Shown here piece by piece: positions 48,262-58,200 of a stretch of DNA of 64,000 bases. The notes beneath the pieces were generated by a model, which had not been told where the DNA came from, ran no database searches, and was given only the letters and a program-made list of their open reading frames with translations. A program made the position numbers and the translations under genes. The stretch is taken from NCBI RefSeq assembly GCF_007747215.1, contig NZ_CP036273.1, positions 1,160,322-1,224,321 of the forward strand, written 5' to 3'. Source of the stretch: Urbifossiella limnaea. GTDB lineage: Bacteria > Planctomycetota > Planctomycetia > Gemmatales > Gemmataceae. Positions within the stretch are counted from its first letter, which is position 1. Each line of letters starts with the position of its first letter.

Positions 48262-49635
48262 TTAAACGACGCCGGTGAGGTGGAACACGGCGATGACCAC
48301 GCCCACCGCCGCCGTCTTGATGAGCGTGATCGCGAAGATGTCGGCGTAGGCCTGCCGGTGCGTCAGCCCGGTGACGGTCAGCAGGGTGATGACGGCCCCG
48401 TTGTGCGGCAGCGTGTCCATGCCGCCGCTGGCCATCGCCGCCACCCGGTGGCAGACTTCCAGCGGAATCCCCGCCGCGTGGGCGTTCGCTACGAACGTGT
48501 CCGACAGGGCCGCGAGCGCGATGCTCAGCCCGCCCGACGCCGAGCCGGTGATCCCCGCCAGCGTCGTAACCGTGACCGCCTCGTTGACGAGCGGCCCCGG
48601 CACCGACGCCAGCGCGCCCGCAATCACACGGAAGCCCGGCAGCGCCGCCACGACCGCGCCGAAGCCGTACTCGGACGCCGTGTTCAGCGCCGCCAATAGT
48701 GCCCCGCCGACGGCCGCCCGCGAGCCCTCCGCGATCCGGCCCGTGACCGGCCGCCACGCCAGCACGAACACGCTCCCGATGCCGACCAGCAGCGCCCCCT
48801 CCACGGCCCAGATGGCGGCAAGTTTCGACACGTCCTGCGTCGCCGGACCGAACGCCGCCGCCGGGCCGTACCCCGCCGGGATGGCGGCGGTGAGGACGCG
48901 GTTCAGCACGCCGACGAGCACGAGCGGCAGCACGGCTAGCATCGGGTGCGGCAGCGGGCCGCGGTCGAACGGCGCGGGCTCGTTGAGCGGGGCGGCGCCG
49001 TAGCCCTCGCCCGCGGCCCGCGCCCGGCGGCGGCGCCAGTCGAGGTAGCCGAGGCCGGCGACGAGGATGAAAGCCGCGCCGACGACGCCGAGCCACGGGG
49101 CGGCGTAGGCGGTCGTGCCGAAGAACGCGGTCGGGATGAGGTTCTGGATCTGCGGCGTGCCCGGCAGCGCGTCCATCGTGAACGAGAACGCCCCGAGCGC
49201 GACCGCCGCCGGGAGTTGCCGCTTCGGGATGTCGGCCCGGCGGTACAGCTCGGCGGCGAACGGGTACACCGCGAACACCACCACGAACAGCGACACGCCG
49301 CCGTACGTCAGCACGGCGCAGACGAGGACCACGGCGAGCGTCGCCCGCCGCGGGCCGACCAGCGCGAGCACCGCGGCGACGATCGCCTCGGAGAAGCCCG
49401 CCAACTCGACGACCTTCCCGAAGACGGCGCCGAGCACGAACACCGGCAGGTACAGCTGGAGGAACCCGGCGAGCCGCTCCATGTACACGCCCGTGAACGC
49501 CGGCGGCACGAGGCGCGGGTCGGTGAGCAGCACGGCCCCGAGCGCGGCGACGGGGGCGAACAGGACGACGCTGTGGCCGCGGTAGGCCACCACCGTCAGG
49601 AACGCCAGTGCCGCCAGGACGATCACGACGCTCAT
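48262..49635 (-). CDS. GntP family permease (gluconate:H+ symporter-like)
   Basis: 457 aa with about 12 TM helices. Segments match the GntP fold (VVAALPGFRVIAGALASVPGPLVNE, GMDTLPHNGAVITLL). Confidence 0.8.
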   Translation of the reverse strand: MSVVIVLAALAFLTVVAYRGHSVVLFAPVAALGAVLLTDPRLVPPAFTGVYMERLAGFLQLYLPVFVLGAVFGKVVELAGFSEAIVAAVLALVGPRRATLAVVLVCAVLTYGGVSLFVVVFAVYPFAAELYRRADIPKRQLPAAVALGAFSFTMDALPGTPQIQNLIPTAFFGTTAYAAPWLGVVGAAFILVAGLGYLDWRRRRARAAGEGYGAAPLNEPAPFDRGPLPHPMLAVLPLVLVGVLNRVLTAAIPAGYGPAAAFGPATQDVSKLAAIWAVEGALLVGIGSVFVLAWRPVTGRIAEGSRAAVGGALLAALNTASEYGFGAVVAALPGFRVIAGALASVPGPLVNEAVTVTTLAGITGSASGGLSIALAALSDTFVANAHAAGIPLEVCHRVAAMASGGMDTLPHNGAVITLLTVTGLTHRQAYADIFAITLIKTAAVGVVIAVFHLTGVV

Positions 49636-49691
49636 GGTCCTGCGCCGCTCCCTTCTTTGCCCGCGATCACGCTGGTTCGCCGGGGGGTATC

Positions 49692-49766
49692 GTCCTGTTA
49701 GGCCGGGGCGCAAGCCCCGTCGGAGATCAGACACCCGACGGGGCTTGCGCCCCGGCCTAACAGGAC
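49692..49766. repeat. palindromic hairpin repeat, family 2, copy B
   Basis: GTCCTGTTAGGCCGGGGCGCAAGCCCCGTCGG-loop-CCGACGGGGCTTGCGCCCCGGCCTAACAGGAC. Same arms as 4224-4288 with a different loop. Confidence 0.65.
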
Positions 49767-49794
49767 GCTGCACCGCACCAGATACGACACGAAT

Positions 49795-50529
49795 TCAGTC
49801 CGCCCGGGGGGCGGGCATGTACAGCGATACCGTTCGCGGCAGCGGCGTGAACCAGCCGGCCCGGACGCCGGCGGCCTGGAGCCCGCGGCCGACCCAGCAG
49901 TTGCACGTGTTGAAGGCGTGGTACGAGCCGTGCGCGTGGTAGAAGGCGTCGGTCGGGCCGTACGCCCCCGGGTGGATGCGCTCGAAGCGGCCGCCCGCGT
50001 CACGGCGGAACGTGCCCAGGACGTGATCCACGAGGCGGCGGTACTGGTCGTGCGACAGCCGGACCGTCCTTGCACCAGCGGGGCGGGAGTCGTCGTCCCA
50101 CATCTCGACGTGCACGCACGTCGGGGACGGCCAGAACATCGCGCGGAACACGGTCCCCGCCTTCAGGTCGGCGTAGGTCCGGGTGTCGACGTAGAACTCC
50201 TTGTTGCCCCAGCCGAACGCGACGCGGGTGGCGCGGCCGGTGTCGCCGGCGAAGTCGGCCGCGGGCAGGAGCGGGCGCCAGTCCATCGTCGCGTTGCGGA
50301 GCGGCAGCACGAGGTCGGCGTGGATCTCGGTCGAGGTGACCGTGACCTCCACGCCGTCGGCCGTGGGCGCGAAGTCGTTGTTGACCGGGATCAGGCCGAT
50401 AAGCGCGGCGAGGAGGTAGAGGGCCACCGCCGCCACGAACAGCTTGCCGCCGCGGAGAAGGGCGCGGCCGACCCGGCCGCGGAGACTGCGGCGCGGCCCG
50501 GGGGCGGTCTCGGTCGGGGGCGGTTCCAC
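49795..50529 (-). CDS. TIGR02117/DUF2459-like family protein (tentative), N-terminal TM
   Basis: N-terminal TM LFVAAVALYLLAALIGLIPV. C-terminal HAHGSYHAFNTCNCWVGRGLQAAGV resembles the DUF2459 signature. Confidence 0.55.
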   Translation of the reverse strand: MEPPPTETAPGPRRSLRGRVGRALLRGGKLFVAAVALYLLAALIGLIPVNNDFAPTADGVEVTVTSTEIHADLVLPLRNATMDWRPLLPAADFAGDTGRATRVAFGWGNKEFYVDTRTYADLKAGTVFRAMFWPSPTCVHVEMWDDDSRPAGARTVRLSHDQYRRLVDHVLGTFRRDAGGRFERIHPGAYGPTDAFYHAHGSYHAFNTCNCWVGRGLQAAGVRAGWFTPLPRTVSLYMPAPRAD

Positions 50530-50664
50530 GGGTGCTCGACCTCAATTCCCACCAGCCAGGACTACGCCAGAGTCGAAAGTCGACACTCGCCGTCGGCCAG
50601 CGCCTCGATCTCGGCCCGCATCGCCCGCTTCTTCCCGCTACTCGACGGGGATCGACTCCGAATC

Positions 50665-50698
50665 GTAGGTCGGGCCGAGTCTCCGAGGCTCGACCTAC
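50665..50698. repeat. short inverted-repeat element with GTAGGTCG/CGACCTAC termini
   Basis: GTAGGTCGGGCCGAGTCTCCGAGGCTCGACCTAC. The termini match the larger element at 60077-60214. Confidence 0.4.
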
Positions 50699-51219
50699 GA
50701 AACTGTGTGTTTGGCCCCGGGGACTCCCCGCCGGTCCAACTCGGTGAGGAGGGAACCGACTCCACTGAGAAAGTCGTGAAGCCGCACGCGGCCCTGGTTG
50801 GTCGTCTCGACGACGTGCCACTGGAGGATCGGGTTGTACCACACTCGGGTGACCTCTACCCACCCGATGCGGCGCCCGGCCCGCCACGGCGACCGGGTCC
50901 GAATGCCGGACTCGTCGAACTCGAGCCGGACCCCGAACACCTCCAGGTAATAGGACAGGACGAGGGCGGAGAACAGGAGAACGATTCCGGCGCCTTCGAG
51001 CGGGTCATCGGTCGGTTGGGTGACCGAGAGCACCACCACCACGACCCACAGCACCCAGAACGCACCGGCCGAGACTTTCACAGGCCGGCCGTACTCCAAC
51101 AGGCTGGTGCCGCCGCGGACCTCGGCTGTGCGGCGCGCCGTGGCCGCGATCACCGCCACGCCGATCAGCCCGCCGACCGCCGCCGCTGCCGCGGGCAGGA
51201 GCGCGAGTGCGTCACCCAT
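50695..51219 (-). CDS. hypothetical membrane protein (two TM helices, PH-like C-terminus)
   Basis: ATG start. Two hydrophobic helices (LLPAAAAAVGGLIGVAVIAA; FWVLWVVVVVLSV). High GC3. Confidence 0.5.
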   Translation of the reverse strand: MGDALALLPAAAAAVGGLIGVAVIAATARRTAEVRGGTSLLEYGRPVKVSAGAFWVLWVVVVVLSVTQPTDDPLEGAGIVLLFSALVLSYYLEVFGVRLEFDESGIRTRSPWRAGRRIGWVEVTRVWYNPILQWHVVETTNQGRVRLHDFLSGVGSLLTELDRRGVPGAKHTVS

Positions 51220-51255
51220 CGAATCCCCTTCCTGCCGAGTTGCCAGCTTTGCGAC

Positions 51256-52185
51256 CTACGCCACTCCTGCCAGCCGCTGCACACCGTCGGCCAGCGCCTC
51301 GATCTCGGCTCGCATCGCCAGCTTCTCGCGCCACTCGGCCGGGATCGCGTCCGCGCCGTAGTACGCGCCCGCCAGCTGGCCGTACACCGCGCCCGTCGTG
51401 TCGGCGTCGTCGCCGAGGTTCACCACCTTCAGGGCGCCGTCGCGGAACGTGTCCGTCGCCGCGAACGCCCACAGCGCCGCCTCCAGCGTGTGAACCACGT
51501 AGCCGCTGCCGCTCACCGCCGACTCGGCCTTCGTGCGGAACGACCCGGCCGCCACCGCCGCCACCTTCGGAGCCAGCGGCTCCGCCGCCCACAGCCCCGG
51601 GACCGGTTCGAAGTTCGGCGCCAGAAGCTCATCCTTCGACCGGCCCTGAATCGCCCCCACCAGCAGGCCGCCGTAGTAGCGGCAGGCGTCCACGCACTCG
51701 GCGGCGCCGTGCGTGGTGCGGGAGCTGTCGCCGGCGCGTTTGACCGCAAGCGCCGGGTCGGCCGCGAACGCCAGCGGCGCCGGCGCCAGCCGCATCAGGC
51801 TGCCGTTGCCCGCCGCGCCGGGGTCGGTCGAGCCGCTGTCGGCGCGGCCGTGTACCTCGAACCGCCGCAGCGCCCCGGCCGTCGTGATGCCGATGTCGAA
51901 GCAGTAGCCCTTCACGCTGAACTTGCCGTCCTTCCACCAACTCAGGTAGCGCGTCAACTGGTCGATGGGGTCGAAGCCCTGCTTCAGCACGAGGCTCTCG
52001 GCCAGGCACAGGGCCATGCTCGTGTCGTCGGTCCACTCGCCGGGCTTCATCTGGAACGGGCCGCCGCCGACCATGTCGGTCAGCGGGGCGAAGGAGCCGC
52101 GGGCGCGGAACTCCAGCGTGGTGCCGAGGGCGTCGCCGGCGGCGAGGCCGAGCAGGGCGCCGCGGTAGCGGTCGGATGCGGTCAT
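51256..52185 (-). CDS. ADP-ribosylglycohydrolase family protein
   Basis: DRYRGALLGLAAGDALGTTLEF...EWTDDTSMAL...DADTTGAVYGQLAGAYYG, classic DraG/ARH motifs. Confidence 0.8.
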   Translation of the reverse strand: MTASDRYRGALLGLAAGDALGTTLEFRARGSFAPLTDMVGGGPFQMKPGEWTDDTSMALCLAESLVLKQGFDPIDQLTRYLSWWKDGKFSVKGYCFDIGITTAGALRRFEVHGRADSGSTDPGAAGNGSLMRLAPAPLAFAADPALAVKRAGDSSRTTHGAAECVDACRYYGGLLVGAIQGRSKDELLAPNFEPVPGLWAAEPLAPKVAAVAAGSFRTKAESAVSGSGYVVHTLEAALWAFAATDTFRDGALKVVNLGDDADTTGAVYGQLAGAYYGADAIPAEWREKLAMRAEIEALADGVQRLAGVA

Positions 52186-52198
52186 CGGTCGGTCCTCC

Positions 52199-53458
52199 TC
52201 ACCCGCCGCCGGACGGCGGGCGGCTCGCCGGGAGCGATTGAGTGAGCGTGGTCACCGCCGCGCGCTGCTTCGCGGTCACGAACGCCCGCGCCTTCGCCAC
52301 CCGGGCGCGCGTGGCGTCGCGGTCGCGGACCATCGCCAGCGCCGCGGCGGTGATGCGGGCGCCGTCGCGCTCCTCGTCCAGGTCGAACAGCCAGTCGCCG
52401 AGGCCGACGTCGCGCCACATCCGGCCCTTGCTCGTCTGCTCGGCGAACCGGCAGTGGATCGCGGGGACGCCGTTGCCGACCGCCATGATCGGCGAGTGCA
52501 TGTCCATGCTCACCAGCCCGGCCGACCGCGCGTACACGGCCACCGCCAGGTCCGTCAGCCAGTAGTGCTCGCGCCACACCACCTTCGCCCGCACGTCGGC
52601 CGGCAGCGGGTCCACCAGCAACTCCTTGCCCACCGCCATGTGGCTCTTGTCCTCCGGGCACACCAGCACCTTTAACCCCGCGTCGCGGACCAGCGCCACC
52701 AGCGCGGCACGAACCTTCGCGTGGTCGGCCTCCTTCAGCCGCTGGTTCGTGCGGTCCTTCTCGCGGTCGGCGTCGGTCATCGGCGTGTTGCGGATCAGCC
52801 AGTACGGCGTGAACCGCAGCCGCGGGATGAAGCACACGAACGACTCGCCCCACAGCCCGGCCGCACGCAGGTACGCCTCCGCGCCGGCGTCGTCGCGGAT
52901 CGTCGTGCTGAAGGCCGCGTCCGGGGCGAAGTCGATGACCGGGCAGGCCAGCTTCGCCTGCCGCGCCCACTCGACCGAGCCCGAGTCGCGGAGGTACAGG
53001 AAGCGGGCGCCGTCGAGGGTGGCGCGGGTGGCGGCGTCGGCCGCGCCGAGGGTGATGCCGAGGACGCCGTAGGGCTTCTTCGTCGCGTCGCGCCACTCGG
53101 CCACCTGCCGCCCGCCGACCAGCGACGGGCCCGACCCGTGCAGCAGGAAGTCGCAGCGGTCGAAGGCCGCGCGGCGCGCCTCGGCCGTGTCCGCGAACCG
53201 CAGCGCGGGGAAGTGCTTCTGCAGCATCGGCTTCACCCCGTCGCCGAGGTTCCCGGGCCACAGCGTGAGTTCGACACCCGGAATGAGTTCGGTGAGGAGC
53301 GCGACCATGCCGGGGGTGTGGCCGATGTCGCCGATGTTGACCGTCTGCCACGCCGAGCGGAGGAGGACGCGGGGGGTTCGGCGCTCCTGCGCGGCCGCGG
53401 TGACGGCGGCGGCGAGGCCCGGGAGCGCGGCGAGGAAACGGCGGCGGGAGGGGGCCAT
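52199..53458 (-). CDS. polysaccharide pyruvyl transferase family protein (tentative), Tat signal
   Basis: MAPSRRRFLAALPGLAAAVTAAAQ Tat-type signal. WQTVNIGDIGHTPG and the overall length fit the PS_pyruv_trans family. Assignment is moderate. Confidence 0.55.
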   Translation of the reverse strand: MAPSRRRFLAALPGLAAAVTAAAQERRTPRVLLRSAWQTVNIGDIGHTPGMVALLTELIPGVELTLWPGNLGDGVKPMLQKHFPALRFADTAEARRAAFDRCDFLLHGSGPSLVGGRQVAEWRDATKKPYGVLGITLGAADAATRATLDGARFLYLRDSGSVEWARQAKLACPVIDFAPDAAFSTTIRDDAGAEAYLRAAGLWGESFVCFIPRLRFTPYWLIRNTPMTDADREKDRTNQRLKEADHAKVRAALVALVRDAGLKVLVCPEDKSHMAVGKELLVDPLPADVRAKVVWREHYWLTDLAVAVYARSAGLVSMDMHSPIMAVGNGVPAIHCRFAEQTSKGRMWRDVGLGDWLFDLDEERDGARITAAALAMVRDRDATRARVAKARAFVTAKQRAAVTTLTQSLPASRPPSGGG

Positions 53459-53545
53459 ACGGCACCGCGGGAAAGGGGTGCCGACAGGATACACCGGAAG
53501 ACGACAAAGCCCACCCGGGGCGGGTGGGCTTCGCGTGCGGGGCGG

Positions 53546-55006
53546 TTACTTCTTGCCGCCGCCGTTGCCCCACGGGCCGGCCTTGCTGCGGTCGGCCTTC
53601 TCGGCGGTCCTCTCCTCGCGGGCCGGCCGGGCGTCCGGCCCGCCGCCCTTGCCCGTCATCCCCGGGCCGCCGCCGGTGCCGCCGAAGCCGGGGAAGCCGC
53701 CCTTGCCGCCGCCGCCACCGGCCATCGACCCGCCCTTGCTGCGCCCGCTGCCGGCCTCCGGCGTCTCGCCGTTCTGGATGGCGATCAGCCGGTCCACTTC
53801 GGCCTTCGTGGCGGTCACGCGGATCAGCTCCAGCGGGGCGATGAAGCCGTCCTCGTTGGCGTCGAGTTCGCGGAACTCCGCGACCGTCTTCCCGCCGACG
53901 GACCGCCACTCGTACATGTTGATCTGCCCGTCCTTGTCCTGGTCGTACTCGGCGAACCAGTCCGGCAGGCCGGGCGGGAGCTTGCCGTAGCGGATGCCGA
54001 CGTTCGAGAAGTCGTCCTTCTTCTCCTCGCGGCGGCCGCCGAACCCGCCGGGGCCGCCGAACCCGCCGCCCTCACCGGTGCCGCGGAAGTCGTTCCCGAA
54101 CTGCGGCTGGCCGGTGCCGCCGCCGCCGGCGAGGCGGAGTTGCAGCGACTTGTACTCGTCCAGGCTGACGAACCCGTCGCGGTTGGTGTCGTAGTCGTTC
54201 CACATGCCCCGGGTCCGCTCGGAGGCCTCGTCCGGGGATAGCTTCCCGTCGCCGTCGCGGTCGCCCATCTTGAACCGCCGCTCGATCTCCTCCTCGGACG
54301 AGCCGCCCTTCCCGCCGAAGCCCTGCCCGCCGAACCCGCCCTGCTGCATCGGGAAGCCACCCTGCTGGCCGAAGCCGGGCTGGCCGAAGCCGGGCTGCCC
54401 GCCGGGCTGACCGAAGCCCTGCTGCCCGCCGGGCTGCCCGCCGCTCATCTTGGCGCGGGCCAACTCCTGGTTGCGGGTGGCGAACTGGAGGAACTGGTCC
54501 TTGGTCATCACCCCGGACTCGGGGTACGGCTGCGTCCCCATCCGGTCCGAGATCATCTTGCTCATCGCCCGGGTGTCGGGGGAGATGCGGCTGAAGTCGA
54601 CATAATCGGTGCCGCCGGTTTGCTGGAGCAGTGTGGTCCACTGGCTCTCGGGGTCGAAGCCGCCGCGCCGGCCACCACCGCCGCCGCCCTGGGGAAAGCC
54701 GCCCCCACCCTGGGGAAAGCCGCCGCCGGGCTGTTGGAAGCCGCCGCCTTGGGGGAAGCCGCCTCCGCCTTGGGGGACGCCGCCGCCGGGTTGAATCTGC
54801 ATCCGGAAGCCGCCTCCGCCTTGGGGGAAGCCGCCCCCACCTTGCGGGAAGCCACCGCCGCCCTGGGGGAAGCCGCCTCCGCCCTGCGGGAAGCCACCGA
54901 AGCCACCCTTGCCGCCCTTACCGCCGCCGGGCTGGCCGGCGATCGGACCCATGGTGAACAACAGCATTCCGAGGACGAAAAACGCCCCGCTGACGCGCGC
55001 GCACAT
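53546..55006 (-). CDS. secreted EF-hand domain protein with Gly-rich GGGGFPQ repeats
   Basis: Signal peptide. Four canonical EF-hand loops (DRDGDGKLSPDE, DTNRDGFVSLDE, DQDKDGQINMYE, DANEDGFIAPLE). N-terminal (GGGGFPQ)n and GQPGFGQ repeats encoded by 21-bp tandem DNA repeats around 54650-54900. Confidence 0.7.
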   Translation of the reverse strand: MCARVSGAFFVLGMLLFTMGPIAGQPGGGKGGKGGFGGFPQGGGGFPQGGGGFPQGGGGFPQGGGGFRMQIQPGGGVPQGGGGFPQGGGFQQPGGGFPQGGGGFPQGGGGGGRRGGFDPESQWTTLLQQTGGTDYVDFSRISPDTRAMSKMISDRMGTQPYPESGVMTKDQFLQFATRNQELARAKMSGGQPGGQQGFGQPGGQPGFGQPGFGQQGGFPMQQGGFGGQGFGGKGGSSEEEIERRFKMGDRDGDGKLSPDEASERTRGMWNDYDTNRDGFVSLDEYKSLQLRLAGGGGTGQPQFGNDFRGTGEGGGFGGPGGFGGRREEKKDDFSNVGIRYGKLPPGLPDWFAEYDQDKDGQINMYEWRSVGGKTVAEFRELDANEDGFIAPLELIRVTATKAEVDRLIAIQNGETPEAGSGRSKGGSMAGGGGGKGGFPGFGGTGGGPGMTGKGGGPDARPAREERTAEKADRSKAGPWGNGGGKK

Positions 55007-55263
55007 GGCCGACCCTCCGGGGCGCACAGCCCCTACTCACGATCCTAAACTCCATCCCCCGCCGCGTCACGACGAATTGGCGCGAGTCTCATAGGAGTTT
55101 CAGAACCGCGACGGCTCGCACCGCCGCAAGCGGCGGCAGCGGTTGTGCGACCCGCGCCGGGGAGCTGCGAGCTCTGCGTCGGCCTTCCGCTTTGCTTCAC
55201 ATTCGCCGGTCCGGTAAAGTGGAGTATTCTGCCCGCCGCGACCGCACCTCCGGAGAAACTCCC

Positions 55264-58200
55264 GTGCGTCACCTCGTCGCCCTGTGTGCCGCCGCGCTCC
55301 TCGCCCCCGCCGCGGCCGCCCAGGAACCCATCCGCTTCGCCCGCACCCCGGACATCTCGCCCGACGGCAAGACCGTCGCCTTCAGCTACCTCGGCGACAT
55401 CTGGACGGTGCCCTCGGTCGGCGGCGTGGCCCGCCCGGTGACGATGCACGAGGCCCACGACCTGAACCCCGTCTTCAGCCCCGACGGCAAGTACCTCGCG
55501 TTCAGCTCCAACCGCCACGGCAGCTACGACGTGTTCGTGTCGCCCGCGGTCGGCGGTCGGCCGCGGCGGCTCACCTTCGACAGCGGCCACGACACCGTCA
55601 CCGGCTGGACGCCGGACGGGAAGGGCGTCGTGTTCACGTCCACCCGCGGGACGGCGTACCCGTTCCAGGCCGAGTGCTACGTCGTGCCGTTCGACGGCGG
55701 CGCGGAGCGGAAGCTGACGCTGTTCGAGGGGAAGGAGGCGCACCTGTCGCCGGCCGGCGACCGGGTGGCGTTCGTCCGCGGCCCGGGGCTGTGGTACCGC
55801 CGCGGCTACCGCGGCTCCAGCAACGACGAGCTGTGGGTCGCCGGCGCCGACGGGAGCGGCCCGCGGCGATTCACCACGTTCGACGGCCAGGACGGCTCGC
55901 CGATGTGGAGCCCGGACGGCAAGACGCTGTACTACGTCAGCGAGGAAGGCAGCACCCGCGGCTGCGCGAACGTGGTGTCGCGCCCGGCCGACGCTACCAG
56001 CGGCACCCCGCAGCGGCTCACCACCCACGCCGACGACACGGTCCGCCGCGCCCGCGTGTCCGGCAACGGCGAGTGGATCGTCTACGAGCTCGGTGCCGAC
56101 CTGTGCGTCGTGCCCACCCGCGGCGGCGCGCCCCGCAAGCTGGCGATTGAGGTGAACGCCGACGACAAGGCGAACACCGAGCGGGCCGTCACGTACACCC
56201 GCGACGCCACCGAGTTCGCGCTGTCGCCGGACGAGGAGCACGCGGTCGTGGTCGTCCACGGCGAATTGTTCCTGACGCGCATCCCCGACGGCAACAAGGT
56301 CACGCGGCTCACCGACCACCCGGCCTACGACCACGGCGCCACCTTCAGCCCGGACGGCAAAAGCATCCTGTTCGCGTCCGACCGCAGCGGCGCCGAAGAC
56401 CTGTTCCTGCTCGAGCCGGACGACGCGGAGCACCCCGAGCTGCACAAGGCGCACACTTTCAAGGTGACGCAGCTGACGAAGACGCCCGAGGCCGAGAGCG
56501 GCGCCCGCTTCACCCCGAAGGGCGACCGCGTCGGCTTCATCCGCGGCGGCAAGCTGTGGACGATGAAGCCCGACGGCACCGACCAGAAGGTGATGATCGA
56601 CACGCCGCAGGTGTTCGACTTCGAGTTCAGCCCGGACGGCAAGCACGTCGTGTTCGCCCGCATGGACGGGTCGTTCGCCAGCGAGGTGTTCGTCGCCCCG
56701 ACGGACGGCGGCGAAGCCCGGAACGTGACCCGCTACGCCACCTACAACGGCGACGTGAGCTGGAGCCCGGCCGGGGGTAAGATCGCCTTCGTCGGCCAGC
56801 GCCGCGGTACCTACTTGCCGCACGTCCTGAGCCTGCAAAGGCCCGCCGCCCCTGGCGCCCCCAAGAGCGCCCCCGGCGAGATCGACTGGGACGACATCCA
56901 CCTCCGCGGCGAGAAGGCGGCCGGCATCGCGGCCGACAGCGTGAGCATCTCGCCGACGGGGCTTCAGGTGGCGTTCCGGCACAGCGGCGCCGGCAACGGC
57001 GACGACCTGTGGGTGGCCGCGGCCAACGGCAGCAGCCAGACCCGCGTGACCACCGGCAACCTCGCCCCGCGGCAGATCCGCTGGGCGAAGAAGAGTAGCG
57101 GCCTGATCTACTTCCTGACCGGCACCGGCGAGCTGCGGAGCGTCCGCCACGGCTCGCCGTTCCCCGGCGCGGCCACGAACAGCGCCGACCCGCCGCGGGT
57201 GAACTTCCAGGCGCGCCTGACCGTGAAGCGCGACGAGGAGTTCGCCGAGATGTTCGCCCAGAGCTGGCGCGGCCTGTCGGACCACTTCTACGACAGCGGC
57301 TTCCACGGGGCCGACTGGTTCGCCGTGCGGGCGAAGTACCAGGCGCTCGTGCCGCACGTCGCCATGAAGGAGGACCTGTACGCGCTGGTCAGCGTCATGC
57401 TCGGCGAGCTGAACGCCTCGCACCTCGGCATCAGCGGCGTGCTGCCGACGGCGCAGGAGCCGACGGCCGACCTGGGGCTGTTGTTCGACCCGAGCTACCG
57501 CGGCCCCGGCCTGAAGGTGACCGAGGTGCTGAAGCGCGGCCCCGCCGACAAGCGCGGCCTCGGCGTCAAGCCCGGCGACGTGGTGGTCGCCATCGACCGC
57601 GTCGAGCTGACGCCGAAGGTGAACGTAAGCCAGCTGCTGAACAACAAGGCCGGCGAGGGGCTGCTCATCGACGTGGCGTCCGACCCGGCCGACAAGAAGA
57701 CGCGGCGCCGCGTGGAGCTGTTCCCGATCGCCCGCGACAAGGCCAGCGACCTGATGTACGACCGCTGGGTCGACGCGAACGCGGCGGCGGTGGCGAAGCA
57801 GAGCGGCGGCAAGCTCGGCTACATCCACATCCCCGGGATGGACGAGCCGGGCCTGGAGCGGTTCATGCGGGCGCTCTACTCCGACAACCTCGACAAGGAC
57901 GGCCTCATCGTGGACGTGCGGTTCAACGGCGGCGGCTTCACCCACGACCAGGTGCTGAACTACCTGAGCGGCAAGGAGCACACGTTCTTCAAGCAGCGCG
58001 ACGGCGGCCAGGGGCTGGTGCTCCGGAACTACGACCGCAAGTTCACCCGGCCGGTCGCGGTGATGACGAACAACCGCTCCTACTCCGACGCCGAAATCTT
58101 CCCGCACGCCTTCCGCACGCTGGGCCTGGGCAAGGTGGTGGGCCAGGCGACGGGCGGGTTCGTGATCGGCACCACCAGCACGCGCCTGATCGACGGCTCG

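Noticed and set aside
42311-49096. 2261-aa minus-strand ORF taken as a single gene
   Set aside because: Contains three independent genes (GntP, ECF-sigma/WD40, DUF1559 protein), each with its own start and SD. The intervening in-frame codons are non-coding junk.
55192-55263. ATG at 55192 as tricorn protease start
   Set aside because: The predicted signal peptide begins at the GTG at 55264 (VRHLVALCAAALLAPAAAA), and the upstream 24 codons are charged and non-hydrophobic. The ATG cannot be fully excluded.
55045-58107. 1020-aa minus-strand ORF antisense to the tricorn protease
   Set aside because: No domain content. The plus strand encodes a complete tricorn protease.
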